DNA of 64,000 nt from contig OX597815.1 of NCBI GenBank assembly GCA_951406725.2, positions 66,340,001 to 66,404,000 on the forward strand, written 5' to 3'. Within the stretch, counting starts at the first letter, position 1, and each line of letters begins with the position of its first letter. The notes under the pieces are model-generated. The model had not been told where the DNA came from and searched no databases. It worked only from the letters and a program-made list of their open reading frames with translations. Origin of the DNA: Octopus vulgaris. Its lineage: Eukaryota. The position numbers and the translations under genes are program-made. Shown one piece after another: positions 1-11,756 of this stretch.

Positions 1-40
1 AAAACAATAACTGGAAAGAATAATAGAAAATATATATATA

Positions 41-190
41 CATGGCGTTAGGAAGGGCATCCAGCTGTAGAAACAGTGCCAGATCTGACTGGCCTGGTGC
101 AGCCTTCGGGCTCCCCAGACCCCAGTTGAACCGTCCAACCCATGCTAGCATGGAAAGCGGACGTTAAATGATGATGATGATGATGATGAT
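41..190 (+). mobile_element. SINE / RTE-type 3' tail ending in (TGA)n
   Basis: 'ggcgttaggaagggcatccagctgtagaaac...cccatgctagcatggaaagcggacgttaaatgatgatg'. Diverged copies recur at about 2800-2990(+), 5190-5400(-), 15090-15300(-), 40180-40385(-) and 61585-61800(-). Confidence 0.75.
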
Positions 191-1346
191 ATCAAAAGCA
201 ATATAATATAAAACAAGAAGAAACAAACTGTTTATTTCTGAATGGCCAATTTTATCTTACTTCATGATATCCATTGAACTTCTTGAAAGCTTCTAAGTAA
301 CCATTATAAAAACTACTAATATACTACTATGCTAATAAGATAAATATTGCATATTCATATAATCATCTCCATTTCATTCTTCAGCAGTCCCTTTACATCC
401 TCTGCAGCCATTGCCTCTGTTTTATTATACAGCATCACACCATTTTTTTCTTGCCAATTAATAGCTGTCATATGAATCAAGGGAGAAAAAGCGCCCTGCT
501 TTGTTTCTAATAGAACACGTAGTTCTTAGAACTATTACCATCATCTCTTATAACAGCAGCCATAATGATCTACCTTTAATGTTAGTTATGTCAATTAAAT
601 AACCATAACTTATTTGTTAATTCTATTGAGCCAGTTAAGCAACTCATAATCTTCAAAGTAAAACTGCATGTGCTGTTATCTACTTAACAGCATCTGAAAT
701 GTGTAAGTGGCTGGATGTGGATGTGTACTATTTCAAGAAAATGCAAAGTTAAATCATTAGATAATATCATTTGCTTACTAATTAAGAATCATTAATCTTA
801 ATTGTATCTAATTTCATTTAACTTTATCAGTTTTGTACAAAACACCTTTTATCATATCAATTCCATATAAATGTAAAAAGGAACATTGTTTTGTCTTATA
901 CATGTCCTCATGTAAATGCACAGATACACACACAGCATATATAAACATATACACATGAATACTTATTCATACATATTCTATCTTATTGTCTGATTTCAGT
1001 TGTTGCTGTTGTAAAAGTTGTGTAAAACACCAAACTTACTCTACTGTTGTTGAAGATAACTGTTGTGAATGTAATTTTGCTGCTATGAAGAAACTCAGTG
1101 GCCTCTCAGATACTGACATCATATATGTCACATATCACGTAGATGTAAGTTGAGTTGATTAAAACCCTACTTCTCTGCTTAAAAATATTTCCCGTCATTT
1201 TTTTCTCATCCTCTTGTATTGCTTTTTCAAAGTCTTGTAATTCATTCAGTTGTCAAGTAAGTCAAGATTATTGGCATTAAATGTTAAATTTCAAATATTC
1301 TCCTGAAAAGATTTGTAGATATTCTCTAGTTGATTAGGAAAATAGA

Positions 1347-1806
1347 TTGGGTACATATTCTCTTAGCAGAGATCAACAAATCATAAAACAGTCCATCAGG
1401 AGACTCTCCAACCTCTTTTTTCTACACATCAAATGCATAGAAGGAATGTGTTTACATTCTTACAGATCAGTATCACAGCCAAAGCTTTATATTTAAATTT
1501 ATTTCAGTACTTCCGATATATATTGTAATGTTTATAAAAAATATATTATTTACTTAATGGCATGCTATCTAAAGCACAAATTTTCAAGATATCTACCATA
1601 TTAAAGTAACTTTATATAACAGCTAAATACTCCAAACCATTAATTGGGGTAAGAGTTTGGGTGCATATTCTCTGAGGAGATATCAACAAATCATAAAGCA
1701 ATCCATCAGGAGACTTACCCCACCTATCTTTTCTGCACATCAAATGCACAGAAACAATGTATTTACATTTTTATATAGTTTGTTATCACAGCTAAGACTT
1801 TATAAT
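1347..1806. repeat. Diverged direct duplication, ~150-bp units at 1347-1494 and 1657-1806
   Basis: 'ttgggt.catattctct...atcaacaaatcataaa..a.tccatcaggagact...cacatcaaatgca' occurs twice, about 310 bp apart. Confidence 0.8.
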
Positions 1807-1942
1807 ATTTAATATTTTTTAAATAATTATTGTTAACTAAAATGAGTTCTAGATTTTATAACTCATTTCTTCTTGTAAATTTTAAAAAGTCCTCTGGGCT
1901 TTTTTTAAAGATATTTTTTTCTAAGTAATTTCTATTTTCTAG

Positions 1943-2026
1943 ATTGGAAAAACACCATTTTATGTTGCTGTTGATCATAAACAGAAGAAAGTAATTGTTT
2001 GTGTGAGAGGAACATTATCTTTACAG
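1943..2026 (+). CDS. DAGLA: Diacylglycerol lipase alpha-like, internal exon A (IGKTPFYVAVDHKQKKVIVCVRGTLSLQ)
   Basis: ttttctAG acceptor and GTAAGC donor, 84 bp, phase 0/0. Translation resembles the DAGL 'TPFYVAVDH..KVV..RGTLS' motif at the start of the Lipase_3 domain. Upstream exons were not found in the window. Confidence 0.93.
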
Positions 2027-3319
2027 GTAAGCTGCTTTTATATTTGTTGCTGCTGTTGCCCAACTTTTCTCTCAAAGGAGGGGGAAATTGGGCAATATTA
2101 GTGCTGTTAATATTAATTTTTGAAAAATAGTAGTGAATTGACAGAGTAGTAATAGACCAGAGTTCAAATCATGCTACAGTTGATTTTCATTTTTATCTCT
2201 CTGGAGGTTGATAACCTAAGTACCAGTTGTGTACTAGGATTAATTCAATCCACTATACTGTGCTCACTATAAATTTCTGACTGTGAATTGATGTAAGAAA
2301 TGAGTAAGTTTGATGTGTTAATGTTCAGTTGTTAGGGATAAGCCACAGACAAAATAAACATCACCAGCAGATTTTATTTCATTTTAGACCTTGGCTGTAA
2401 TTGCAAATTTATGATCTTCAGATAAGAATAGATGAATAAACTACATTGTGGTGGAAGAACCATTTTATAACACAAACAAAGCTTTAAATTGATACTTATT
2501 TCTTGAGATGTCAAAATTTTTGTTCCACTACTGTGATCTGGTCACTGACACAATTCCACTGATATGCATTGGAACTGTGTCTGCAACAAGACCCTGGTAG
2601 TACAACAAAATGATGATGACGCCTCATGAAATCAAAACAAATTCAAAGTTAAGATGTGAGTAGCCATATAACCTATCTACAGCAAGAAACATATTCTGCT
2701 CTGGCCCCTTCTCTCATACCTAACCCCTCCTCTCCTAGCATGAGCCTTGTAAGACTATGAACTTCTCTCGGGGCTCATAGTCTTTCGAGTTCCATGGTGA
2801 CCTGACTAGTGCTGGCAGCATGAAAAATGCTCTCAGTACACTGTAAAGTGGTTGGTGTTGGGATAGGCATCCAGCCATAGTAACAATGCCAAAGCAGACA
2901 GTTGTGTATGATGTAGTACTTGGACCCACCAGATCCTATCAAATCATTTAACCCATGCCAGTGTGGAACAAGTACATTAAAGGATGATGTGGGCTATTAA
3001 ATGGTTAGAATGACTCACAATATAGTTGTTTTAGTTTCAACTCAAGCTCTCAGATCAAGCCATTTGCCCGACATGTACAACTCTGAAATATTCTGAATGT
3101 TATATTATCAAAGAAAGAGGAAAACCCCAGTTCTTTTCCAGACCTTTGCAAACTTGGAGGTCAGAGTAGTAAGTGCTAAACTTGAACATGTTGATATTTA
3201 AGTTGAAACTTGTATAAAAAATGCGAGTAGAGGTTTCCAAGTAGCTACTGTTCATGGAAGAAAGGATTGAACAACATTTAGTTTGTGGTTTGAGAAGTGA
3301 AACAGTGGTGAACTCATTG

Positions 3320-4118
3320 AATGAATTAATTTTACTAATTCAGAATATTAGAAATAATTGTTATAGTAGTAAAGGAGACAGGGAAAAGAAATAGTACACC
3401 TTTGGAACTAGTAAGCTGGTGTGTTAGTTTTTTGCCAATCTACCTGATGTAATTTTATATGCTGTGTAGAATATTTGTGAGTGCATCTGCTGTAGCACTG
3501 TTCCATAAATGTGAGCAATTCTCTTATGTGGGTTGCTTTTGAGCTTCGTGGAATGTTTGTAACTGATCCAGAATAAGACATTTTTCTGACCCTGAAGAGA
3601 ACTAGTTTTAACAGTATTATATATGTGAAATCATTGTCAGAGCTTTTAAGGCCTAAATCTTTTACTGTGTAATGTTAGATGAGGTAACATGATAACCTAT
3701 GAGATTGCAGTGTCATAGCTTCATTATAGAGTAGAACTTCAAAATATTTGCTTATCAAATGAGTGTAAATGTGATGTGAGATATGTTGATTGCATGTACA
3801 GGACACTTGTGTGAAATAATGAGGTTGATAGGAGGAAGGATTGACAGCATTATCTGCATTGATCATGGATTAGTTACAGGCATTCCACAAAGCTCAAAAG
3901 CAACCCACATAAGAGAACTGCTCACATTTATGGAGCAGTGTTGCTATTGATGCACTCACAAATGTTCAATACTGCATATAAAATTCCATCAAGCAGATTG
4001 GCAAAAAACTCACACACCAACCTACTAGTCCCAAAGATCTACTGTTTCTTCTCTCTGTCTCTTCTACCACTCTTACGATAATTTCTACTGTTCTGAATTA
4101 GTTAAATTAATTTATTCA
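3320..4118. repeat. Old long inverted repeat (arms ~3320-3564 and ~3872-4118, spacer ~310 bp)
   Basis: For example 'ttctcttatgtgggttgcttttgagctt' versus 'aagctcaaaagcaacccacataagagaa'. The arms align throughout with many substitutions. Confidence 0.85.
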
Positions 4119-4962
4119 TCTTCACCACTCTGTGTACCTCTTCATGTTTTTCACACAAACTTCAACTTATGATTAGAAGTGAGAGCAAGGAAATCATTAA
4201 TATAATATAAAGGAGTGAGAGAGACATAACCAGAGTTTATAAGTAAATAAATAGTGAATTTTAGTTTTTTGCTGGCTCGAGTAAAGTTTACAAAAGACTA
4301 ATTATGGAATTAAATAATAATCTCGATCATTGTATTTATATGTTTATTGGCAAGGATGTTCCTTCCAGCTGACAAAAATATATTTTCTGAAAAAGAATAA
4401 ATGAAAAAATTGTCTTCCTTTTTTTTATTATTATTATTTCATTAAGCTTTTAAATATACCTAATCCTCATCAACCCCTGAATATTACTGTCTTGAGTCCT
4501 AGGACTAATGGACTCAGATACCTGGTTTCTACAGCATATAAGTGACCAAGATCACAACATTTATTCTTAACTAGGATGCCAGTCCATCTTAGAGTTACTT
4601 GTTTATAGTTGAGTGGATCGGAGTAACATGAAATGAAGTGTTTTGCTCAAGAACACATTTCACAACAACACCTTCCACGATGCAATTGTTTTCGCTCCAG
4701 CACACGATCTCAGATCAGGTCACTTGCTATGCAAGTACATCTCCGTAACATTTCACAACCTAGTCTGGAATCAAAACCATGATGTGATTGTAAGTACAAC
4801 ATCCTGACCACTAGACCATGTACCTTCAAATATACAATAATGTCAATATTATTATAAATTATGTTGTCCAGCTTTGTTGTATTTAGTAACAATCTTAAAT
4901 GCTACTTGTGATATTTAAGGTTTGAAATTATTATTCTACTGCATCTTCTTTATTATCTCTAG

Positions 4963-5040
4963 GATGTATTGACTGATCTTAAAGCTGAGTCTACTATGCT
5001 TCCACTCGAACCTCCTATTGAGAACTGGCTTGGTCATGAG
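4963..5040 (+). CDS. DAGLA: DAGL exon B (DVLTDLKAESTMLPLEPPIENWLGHE)
   Basis: Polypyrimidine tract plus AG acceptor, GTAAGC donor, 78 bp in frame. Matches DAGL 'D.LTDL...WLGH'. Confidence 0.93.
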
Positions 5041-8000
5041 GTAAGCAAATCAATCATAGTTTTACAACATCTAATGACTAATGTCACAAATACATTCTCT
5101 TTGCTTAAATGTTTAATTTTTATTCTTGATTTCTCTTTTTTTTAACTGGCAAAACTTGATTAAAATAAAAGCATAAATCCAATAAGTTTATCATCCTCAT
5201 CATTTAATGTCCATGTTCCATAGGAGCATAAGCTGAATAGTTTGACAGGAGCCAAGGGGGTCCAAGGATGCCTTTGTACTGCAATGTCTGCTTTGGCATG
5301 TTTTCTTTATGGCTAAGTGCCCTCTAAATGCCAACCACTTTACAGTATGTACTGGATGCCTTTTCGTTTTTACTAATGAGGTTGCCATCAAGCTTGCAAG
5401 GCTAAGATCCCCTTTGCCTGAATGGTGCTACAGTAGAGAGGCAGCTTTATGCTAAGAAATGAAGTTTTATAGTGATGATGATGATAATAATGATAGTGGC
5501 AGAGGTGGTGGTGGTGGTGATGTCTGTTTTTTTTTTACGTAACACATTTATAAAATCTGAATCTATTTGATTAGATCTAATAAGCTTACTTTGACTGTAT
5601 TTTATCCTTTCAAGCCAGTCATGAAATATGTTTAGCTATTTTGTGTCATTTGCACCATTACGCTCATCCCAGACAGGACAGACTAAACTAGAGTATATCT
5701 AGCAAGCAAGATACAGGGGCTGTTTGAAACATTCATTTAATAACCTACACAACAAGATTTTGGGAAAAAAAAATTTACTGGTGTACTTTGCAGGAAAATT
5801 TAAAATACATTTAAAAATTTTTAACTTTTTTAAAGTTTGAAATTCTTTTAAATTATAGAAAACTATTGTTAACCAAGTTATATTAATCATTTTTGTGTGT
5901 AACAAAATCATCAATAATATGCTCAAACAATAGTATGAATTTTCAAAAATTTTAAATTATATTCTTAAAAATCCATAGTACACCATGGTCAGAACTATTC
6001 AACAAGAAAGGAGAGAAAAATAAAATTTAAACTTTATTAAAGCTTTCTTAATTAAAGTCATGACAAAAAAATTTGTGTGAATAAAATATTTTGACCATAT
6101 TGTGATTGCATATCTCTTATAGAGTTTCTATTGAGTTTCCTTAAAAAAAAAAAAAACATGGCCATCACTTACAAGCAAGTATGACTGGTGGTATATACCA
6201 TGTTTTCATTAGTTATTTTAGGTGCCTGTGTAGTTGCAAGCAGACACACACTTTCTCAGTCCTCTCACATTCAACCCAACAAAACAGCTGGAGGGAGAGA
6301 GGCCCTCACCTGCAATCAGCTGATACTCATTTTCAAAAAGCAACATGAAATGAAGTGCCTTGCAGAAGGACACAACACTCCTAAAATATTCTGGAATTGT
6401 TACTTGTAATAATATTAGTAGGGAAGCTTCATTTTTTTTGTCCACTTAATTATATAGGGAAAAATATTAAACACTGTTATTCCTGGTTGCAGTATCATTA
6501 GCATTACTGTCTTCATCATTCTAAAGTAGTCATTGACAAAATTGCAAGTTATATGAAAATAACTATTCCATTTTTCTATGGAGTTATTCAACTGACATGT
6601 TGTATCCAATAAAGGCATACAGTAATATATAAACTCTTCTATAAAGAAACATTTTCACAAATTAGAAAAAATTCTCAAATCAAAAACTTTAGCTCTGTAT
6701 GTGTAAATATATTTTAATCATTTAATGTATTTATGCCTGCAGCTAAAGCTGATAAACGTTATGACAAGTCTTGTATTATCTGTTAAAGACTCTAATTAAA
6801 ACAGTTTATTTGACCACATTAATATGCATCTAACATACATCATTATATAGGCATACATGTGTGTGTGTATACATGTGTGTGTGCATCATTGTCATAATCT
6901 TTTAACATCTGTTGTCCATCTTGGCATGGATATATATGTGTCTATATATGTGAGTGTTTGAATGTACATATATGTATGTGTATATATATTACAGAATATC
7001 TCTTTCAGCAAACACATTAATTATCTGTTTCAGATTTGGAAGCACTTTTTCAGTTTAAACTTTTCAAGTCCCATATTTTTGAGTTTCAGTCATAATCAGT
7101 GTAATAATTATGCCTAAACAAACTGTTTTAAATGATGCCATGTAATACACTAGTGTGCCACAAGAGATACCAATGTGTGCTACAGATTGTTACAAATATT
7201 TTTTAGAATTCTGGAAAATCTGTATTATTCTTGAGTATTTAAAAAACTCATGCTATTTTTTGAGCATGATAAATATAACTTTGTTATACCCAAGAATGAT
7301 TAATAAAACTTGGTTAGAAATAGTTTTCTATGATCTTTAAACATTTTAACTTTAAAGCAGTTTTCTTTTAATTTAAAATTTGTTTTTTACTTTCTTTGCA
7401 AAGCACATCAGTAGTTTTTAATTTCCTGTGTTAAGTGCACTTGTAAGTTTTTCAATTCATCTCCACAGAGCCACAAAGTTTAAAACATGAGAAATCACAA
7501 AACTAAACAATTATTTTCTTGTATATTCCTCTCTTACAATGCATCACTGTTCTATTTTTCTGTCCAAAATATATCAAAATGAACCACTTCTCTACATTAT
7601 ATATACAGTTCCCAAATTCTTCACAATAAATGTGTTATAAACACCCATTAACTTTATCTTAGAAATTGAAAACTGGTTTAATTTTTTTGAACTAATAGGT
7701 GGGCTATTGATGGAAAAAAGAAGAAATGTTTTTTTTTTATTTATCTTCAGCTTTCAGACTAAATAACATTAGAGTTTCTCAAAGTTTCAACATTTTAGAT
7801 TTCAATTATATGCATTTGTATGACAGTGTATTCTTTGTGGGAGCAATATGTTTGGCAGAAACTGCAAATGCCTTGTGAGTGTGATTACTAGTGTGAATCA
7901 GTTTTTATGATAAACTAGTAACTTAACCATTCAATAAATAGTGATTGATAACATAAATACAAAATGGCTTGAATAATGGGTTCACTATGATAAAACCTTT

Positions 8001-8789
8001 GAAGATGGTGCTTCAGCATGACTACACAGTCTAATAACTGTAACCAGTTAAAGAATTAAAGAATATCTGCAAAATCAAATGAAAAAAAAGAAAATATTTT
8101 CTACTACTGTAAGTGAATATCAAGAGAGTAAAAATATAGCCATTTTTCCATGCTTGTATAGATTAGACAAACACGTTATTGAGGCTTTGTTTTACAGCTG
8201 AATGTCTTTCCTGTAAAACATATTACATGTTTTTCAAGTAAAGCATCTCTTACTTCACATAGCTTCAAGAGTACAAAGCAAGTTGGTGGTTTGTTGACAG
8301 AGGTGACTATAGCAAGTGATGGTGAATGATATGGGTGTAGCTGGGGAGGGATGAGATATGTGAGTGCACTGGGAACAATAAGAGTTAAGGGAAGTGTAAA
8401 GGTGGGAGTATGGCAGAGGGGAGAGAGCAGTGGATGAAAGCACATGAAGGAAGTGATTGGTGAAAACAGTGGGAAGGGAAAATCAGGATAATAATATTCC
8501 TTTCTACTATAGGCACAAAACCTGAAATTTGGGGGGAGGGGGATAATCGATTACATCAACCCTAGTGCATAACTAGTATAACAGGATCATTTAACTGACC
8601 CTGAAAGGGTGAAAGGCAAGGTTAATCTTGGTGGAATTGAATTCAGAATGTAAGGACAAACGAAATACTGGAGATCATTTTGCCTGGCATGCTAACAATT
8701 CTACCAGCTTGCTGCCTTAATAATAATAATAATTATAATAATAAAAATTGTGTGTGTGTGTGTTTTCATTTCCCTTTAACTACCAGATG

Positions 8790-9425
8790 TACCTAGACAG
8801 AGATGTGACATTTCATTCTGTTCATATTCTAAAATGTGTGTGGTGTATATCTGATGTTAAACGTTCGGCTAGTTGCAACAATATAGTTTTCTTGATCTGT
8901 CTTCCTTAGGGCTACTTTATTACTTCTTCATTGTCTGTGTATCCATTAGTAGATAATATTAACTGAGGCTTCATTTAGTGGCTCAATAGACAATGTTTGT
9001 TTTTTTCAAGCAGCTTTCCCCTTAATGGGCATGGCCTTGGTCTGTTGTAAGTGCATGTGTTTTCAGCCATATTGTGGGTGGTTCTTGACATGTTATTATT
9101 TAGTGTTCATATGATAGGTCTAATATGTTCTGTGTGGCTGTAGATAACTTTTCTATTGTTTCTAATGAATGGTGTGTTTTGCTGGGAAGTGGTTACTGAG
9201 GAGACAAGAAAGCATGCATTATATCTGTTACTACTGAAAAGCAGGTTGAACCAGGTAATGCCTCTTTTTTTAGACTTGTTTTGCTGGTTGTTCATTAGTG
9301 AACATGTAAAAAAGAAAAGACTGGCCAATCAAATCAAAAAAGAAGCTTGCAGCAACATTTATGAAAATAGATGTACTGAGCCTCAGCAAGTTTTGAATGG
9401 AGATCACTGTAGGATGAATTCAGTT
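8790..9425 (-). mobile_element. Decayed Penelope-like element fragment (RT-to-GIY-YIG linker)
   Basis: Minus-strand 'KRGITWFNLLFS' resembles the PLE 'RNIIWFNPPFS' motif and is followed by a 'CPLRG' zinc-knuckle remnant. Boundaries are approximate. Confidence 0.6.
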
Positions 9426-9550
9426 TAAATAAACTTTAAGTCTTTGCATATATCTGTTTGTTTTAGTATATATCTACTTATCAATGTAATCCAAATATAT
9501 ATATATTTATGTGAAATAAAGTATTTTATGTAATTTACTGTTTCCATTAG

Positions 9551-9631
9551 GGTATGGTTGATGCAGCACAGTACATTCAGAAAAAATTAGTCGAAGAAAA
9601 TATTTTGTCAAAAGCATTTAATAGTGATTTC
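9551..9631 (+). CDS. DAGLA: DAGL exon C (GMVDAAQYIQKKLVEENILSKAFNSDF)
   Basis: AG acceptor, GTAAGT donor, 81 bp in frame. Matches 'GMV..A.YI.KKL..E..LS.AF'. Confidence 0.93.
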
Positions 9632-9754
9632 GTAAGTATAATTATTGTTCAGTTTGTGTATAATTTACTCCAGTCTTCAAAGGAAATAAAGAAATCAATA
9701 TTATTATCATTGATTATTAAATATGTTGTATAATAGAGCCTGTATGATATATAT

Positions 9755-9864
9755 GACAGAAACACAGGATGACAGTGACTTTAAAGTTTTGCCAGCACCT
9801 GTTCATCAGACAGTGAATCTTCTCTGGTGAAACTTTGAAGCCACTGTCATTCTGTAATTCTGTC
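9755..9864. repeat. Short imperfect inverted repeat (41-bp arms 9755-9795 and 9824-9864)
   Basis: gacagaaacacaggatgacagtgactttaaagttttgccag versus ctggtgaaactttgaagccactgtcattctgtaattctgtc. Confidence 0.75.
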
Positions 9865-10259
9865 TGATAAAATATATATGATCACTCTTTGAAGTACAAA
9901 GACCAGTGGAATGATATTGTGTAATGTGAAATTTATGTTCAGATTAAGTTTTTGGTTGATGTTACTTTACTTTATTACTTCTTCATTGTCTGTGTATCCA
10001 TTAGTAGATAATATTAACTGAGGCTTCATTTAGTGGCTCATTAGACAAAAGTTGGGCATATCAAAAGAGATCAGTTTAATATTCTGTTTGGTAGGAAGGA
10101 TAAAATTGTAAGAAAAATATTCTCTGTTAAAAATATTTCTCTTTGCTGTAATTTGTGAATTAGAAAAAATATATTTCAATTAATTTTGTTTATTTGTAAA
10201 AGTAATAAATTACAATGTCATAAACAATGTTGCTTTGAAAATTTTATTTCTCTTTTCAG

Positions 10260-10402
10260 GATCGCAGAACTGATCAATACAATTTAATTTTAGTTGGACA
10301 TTCTCTTGGAGCTGGAACTGCATCAATTTTAGCCATTCTGCTAAAAAGACAATACCCTAATTTACATTGTTATGCTTATTCACCTCCTGGAGGCCTTATA
10401 AG
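10260..10402 (+). CDS. DAGLA: DAGL exon D with the catalytic Ser (DRRTDQYNLILVGHSLGAGTASILAILLKRQYPNLHCYAYSPPGGLI)
   Basis: ttttcAG acceptor, GT donor, 143 bp, ends in phase 2. Contains the GxSxG nucleophile elbow and 'AYSPPGGL'. Confidence 0.95.
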
Positions 10403-11756
10403 GTCTGTATACATATTTTAAATTTTATAAAAATGAGGATTTATATCTAATGACAATAATGGTGATAGTTGGTCTCATATCTGGCTTTATGCTAGTTTTC
10501 TAATTGTTATAATTATAAGAAAAGCATGATAGTGTGGGAAAGTTTAATTCTACTTAGCAATTATTTACTATGAAACAAAACAAAAGTATTAGGATAGAAC
10601 ACAAAATTGACTTTATACCACTTTGCTTTGTTTTTGAGCCTTCTTGTGTCAAAATAATTGCCAATCAAATAATAGCATTGATGTAATTTTTATTTTTAAC
10701 TTTTAGTCAGGAGGGAAGGCAAGGGTCTTTTGAGACTGTTGAAGGAAGAAGGTAACCTCTTACAGCATGTTGCATACATGTGGAATATTCAGGAGTTTAG
10801 TTATGTACTTGTCTGCAGGTTTTTAAATCATTCCTAAGGTATCTATTAATATAGGAATTATTTCTGTTTTCAATTCATCTCGCTGGTTATCTCTATTTCC
10901 AGATCTTTGTATTTGAATAGTGTCTGTATTTCCTTTATAGAAACATTGTTGTTCTATGAGAAATTACTTCTTTTCCTAATGATCCTTAATGATACTGTCC
11001 ATCAAGTAACTTTGATTGCCCTCTTTCTAGGAATTGCTATATTCCCTGAAAACTTTTCTAGTAATATTTTATATTGCCTCTTTTCTCTTAGTATTTCATA
11101 ATGTTGACATAACTGCAAAAGTATGAAAGCCCTATCTCTGTCATGCCTGTATAGATTCTCTTGGTTTAGATTTGACAGCCACAAACAATATTAACTGTTT
11201 CTTTTTAATCTTTACATATTCTACTGAGATTTATTTATTGCCCTCATCATCTTCTTTGAGATTTTTATAAAGAGAAAAGTAAAGATGGACTGGCAATTGC
11301 TGCCTTTCCATAAATTTACTGAAAAAGCCTACTCTCAGTATGCCTCTGGAAGCTGGTGAATACAGTTAGAAAGCACTTGCTTTTATAATTGATGGTAAGT
11401 TTGGATTAGTGGTGTGCCTTAATTAGGCAATGTAAAAATCAGGCTTATGTAGTTGTTTTCCTATTGGAGAATCTCATTTCTTTTTTATTATTCCATGATC
11501 AGTTCTTCATAAACTCCCACCCCACCATTGTTTATAATTTGTCCTTGTCATGTTCTCTCATCCATTGCCTTTGTGGTAAATAAGTTGTTACTACATCAAT
11601 AGTGATGGTGGTAGCATTGTTGTTGTTTGGTCAACTTGATACTTGGTTCTCAATGTCATCTTCAGTTATGTGAAAGGTATGAGTTGGCTGATTTACATAA
11701 AAGTTTCATGGTTCACAACTTTTGTGTTAAATTCTGCTTGCATTAAAAAATAATAT

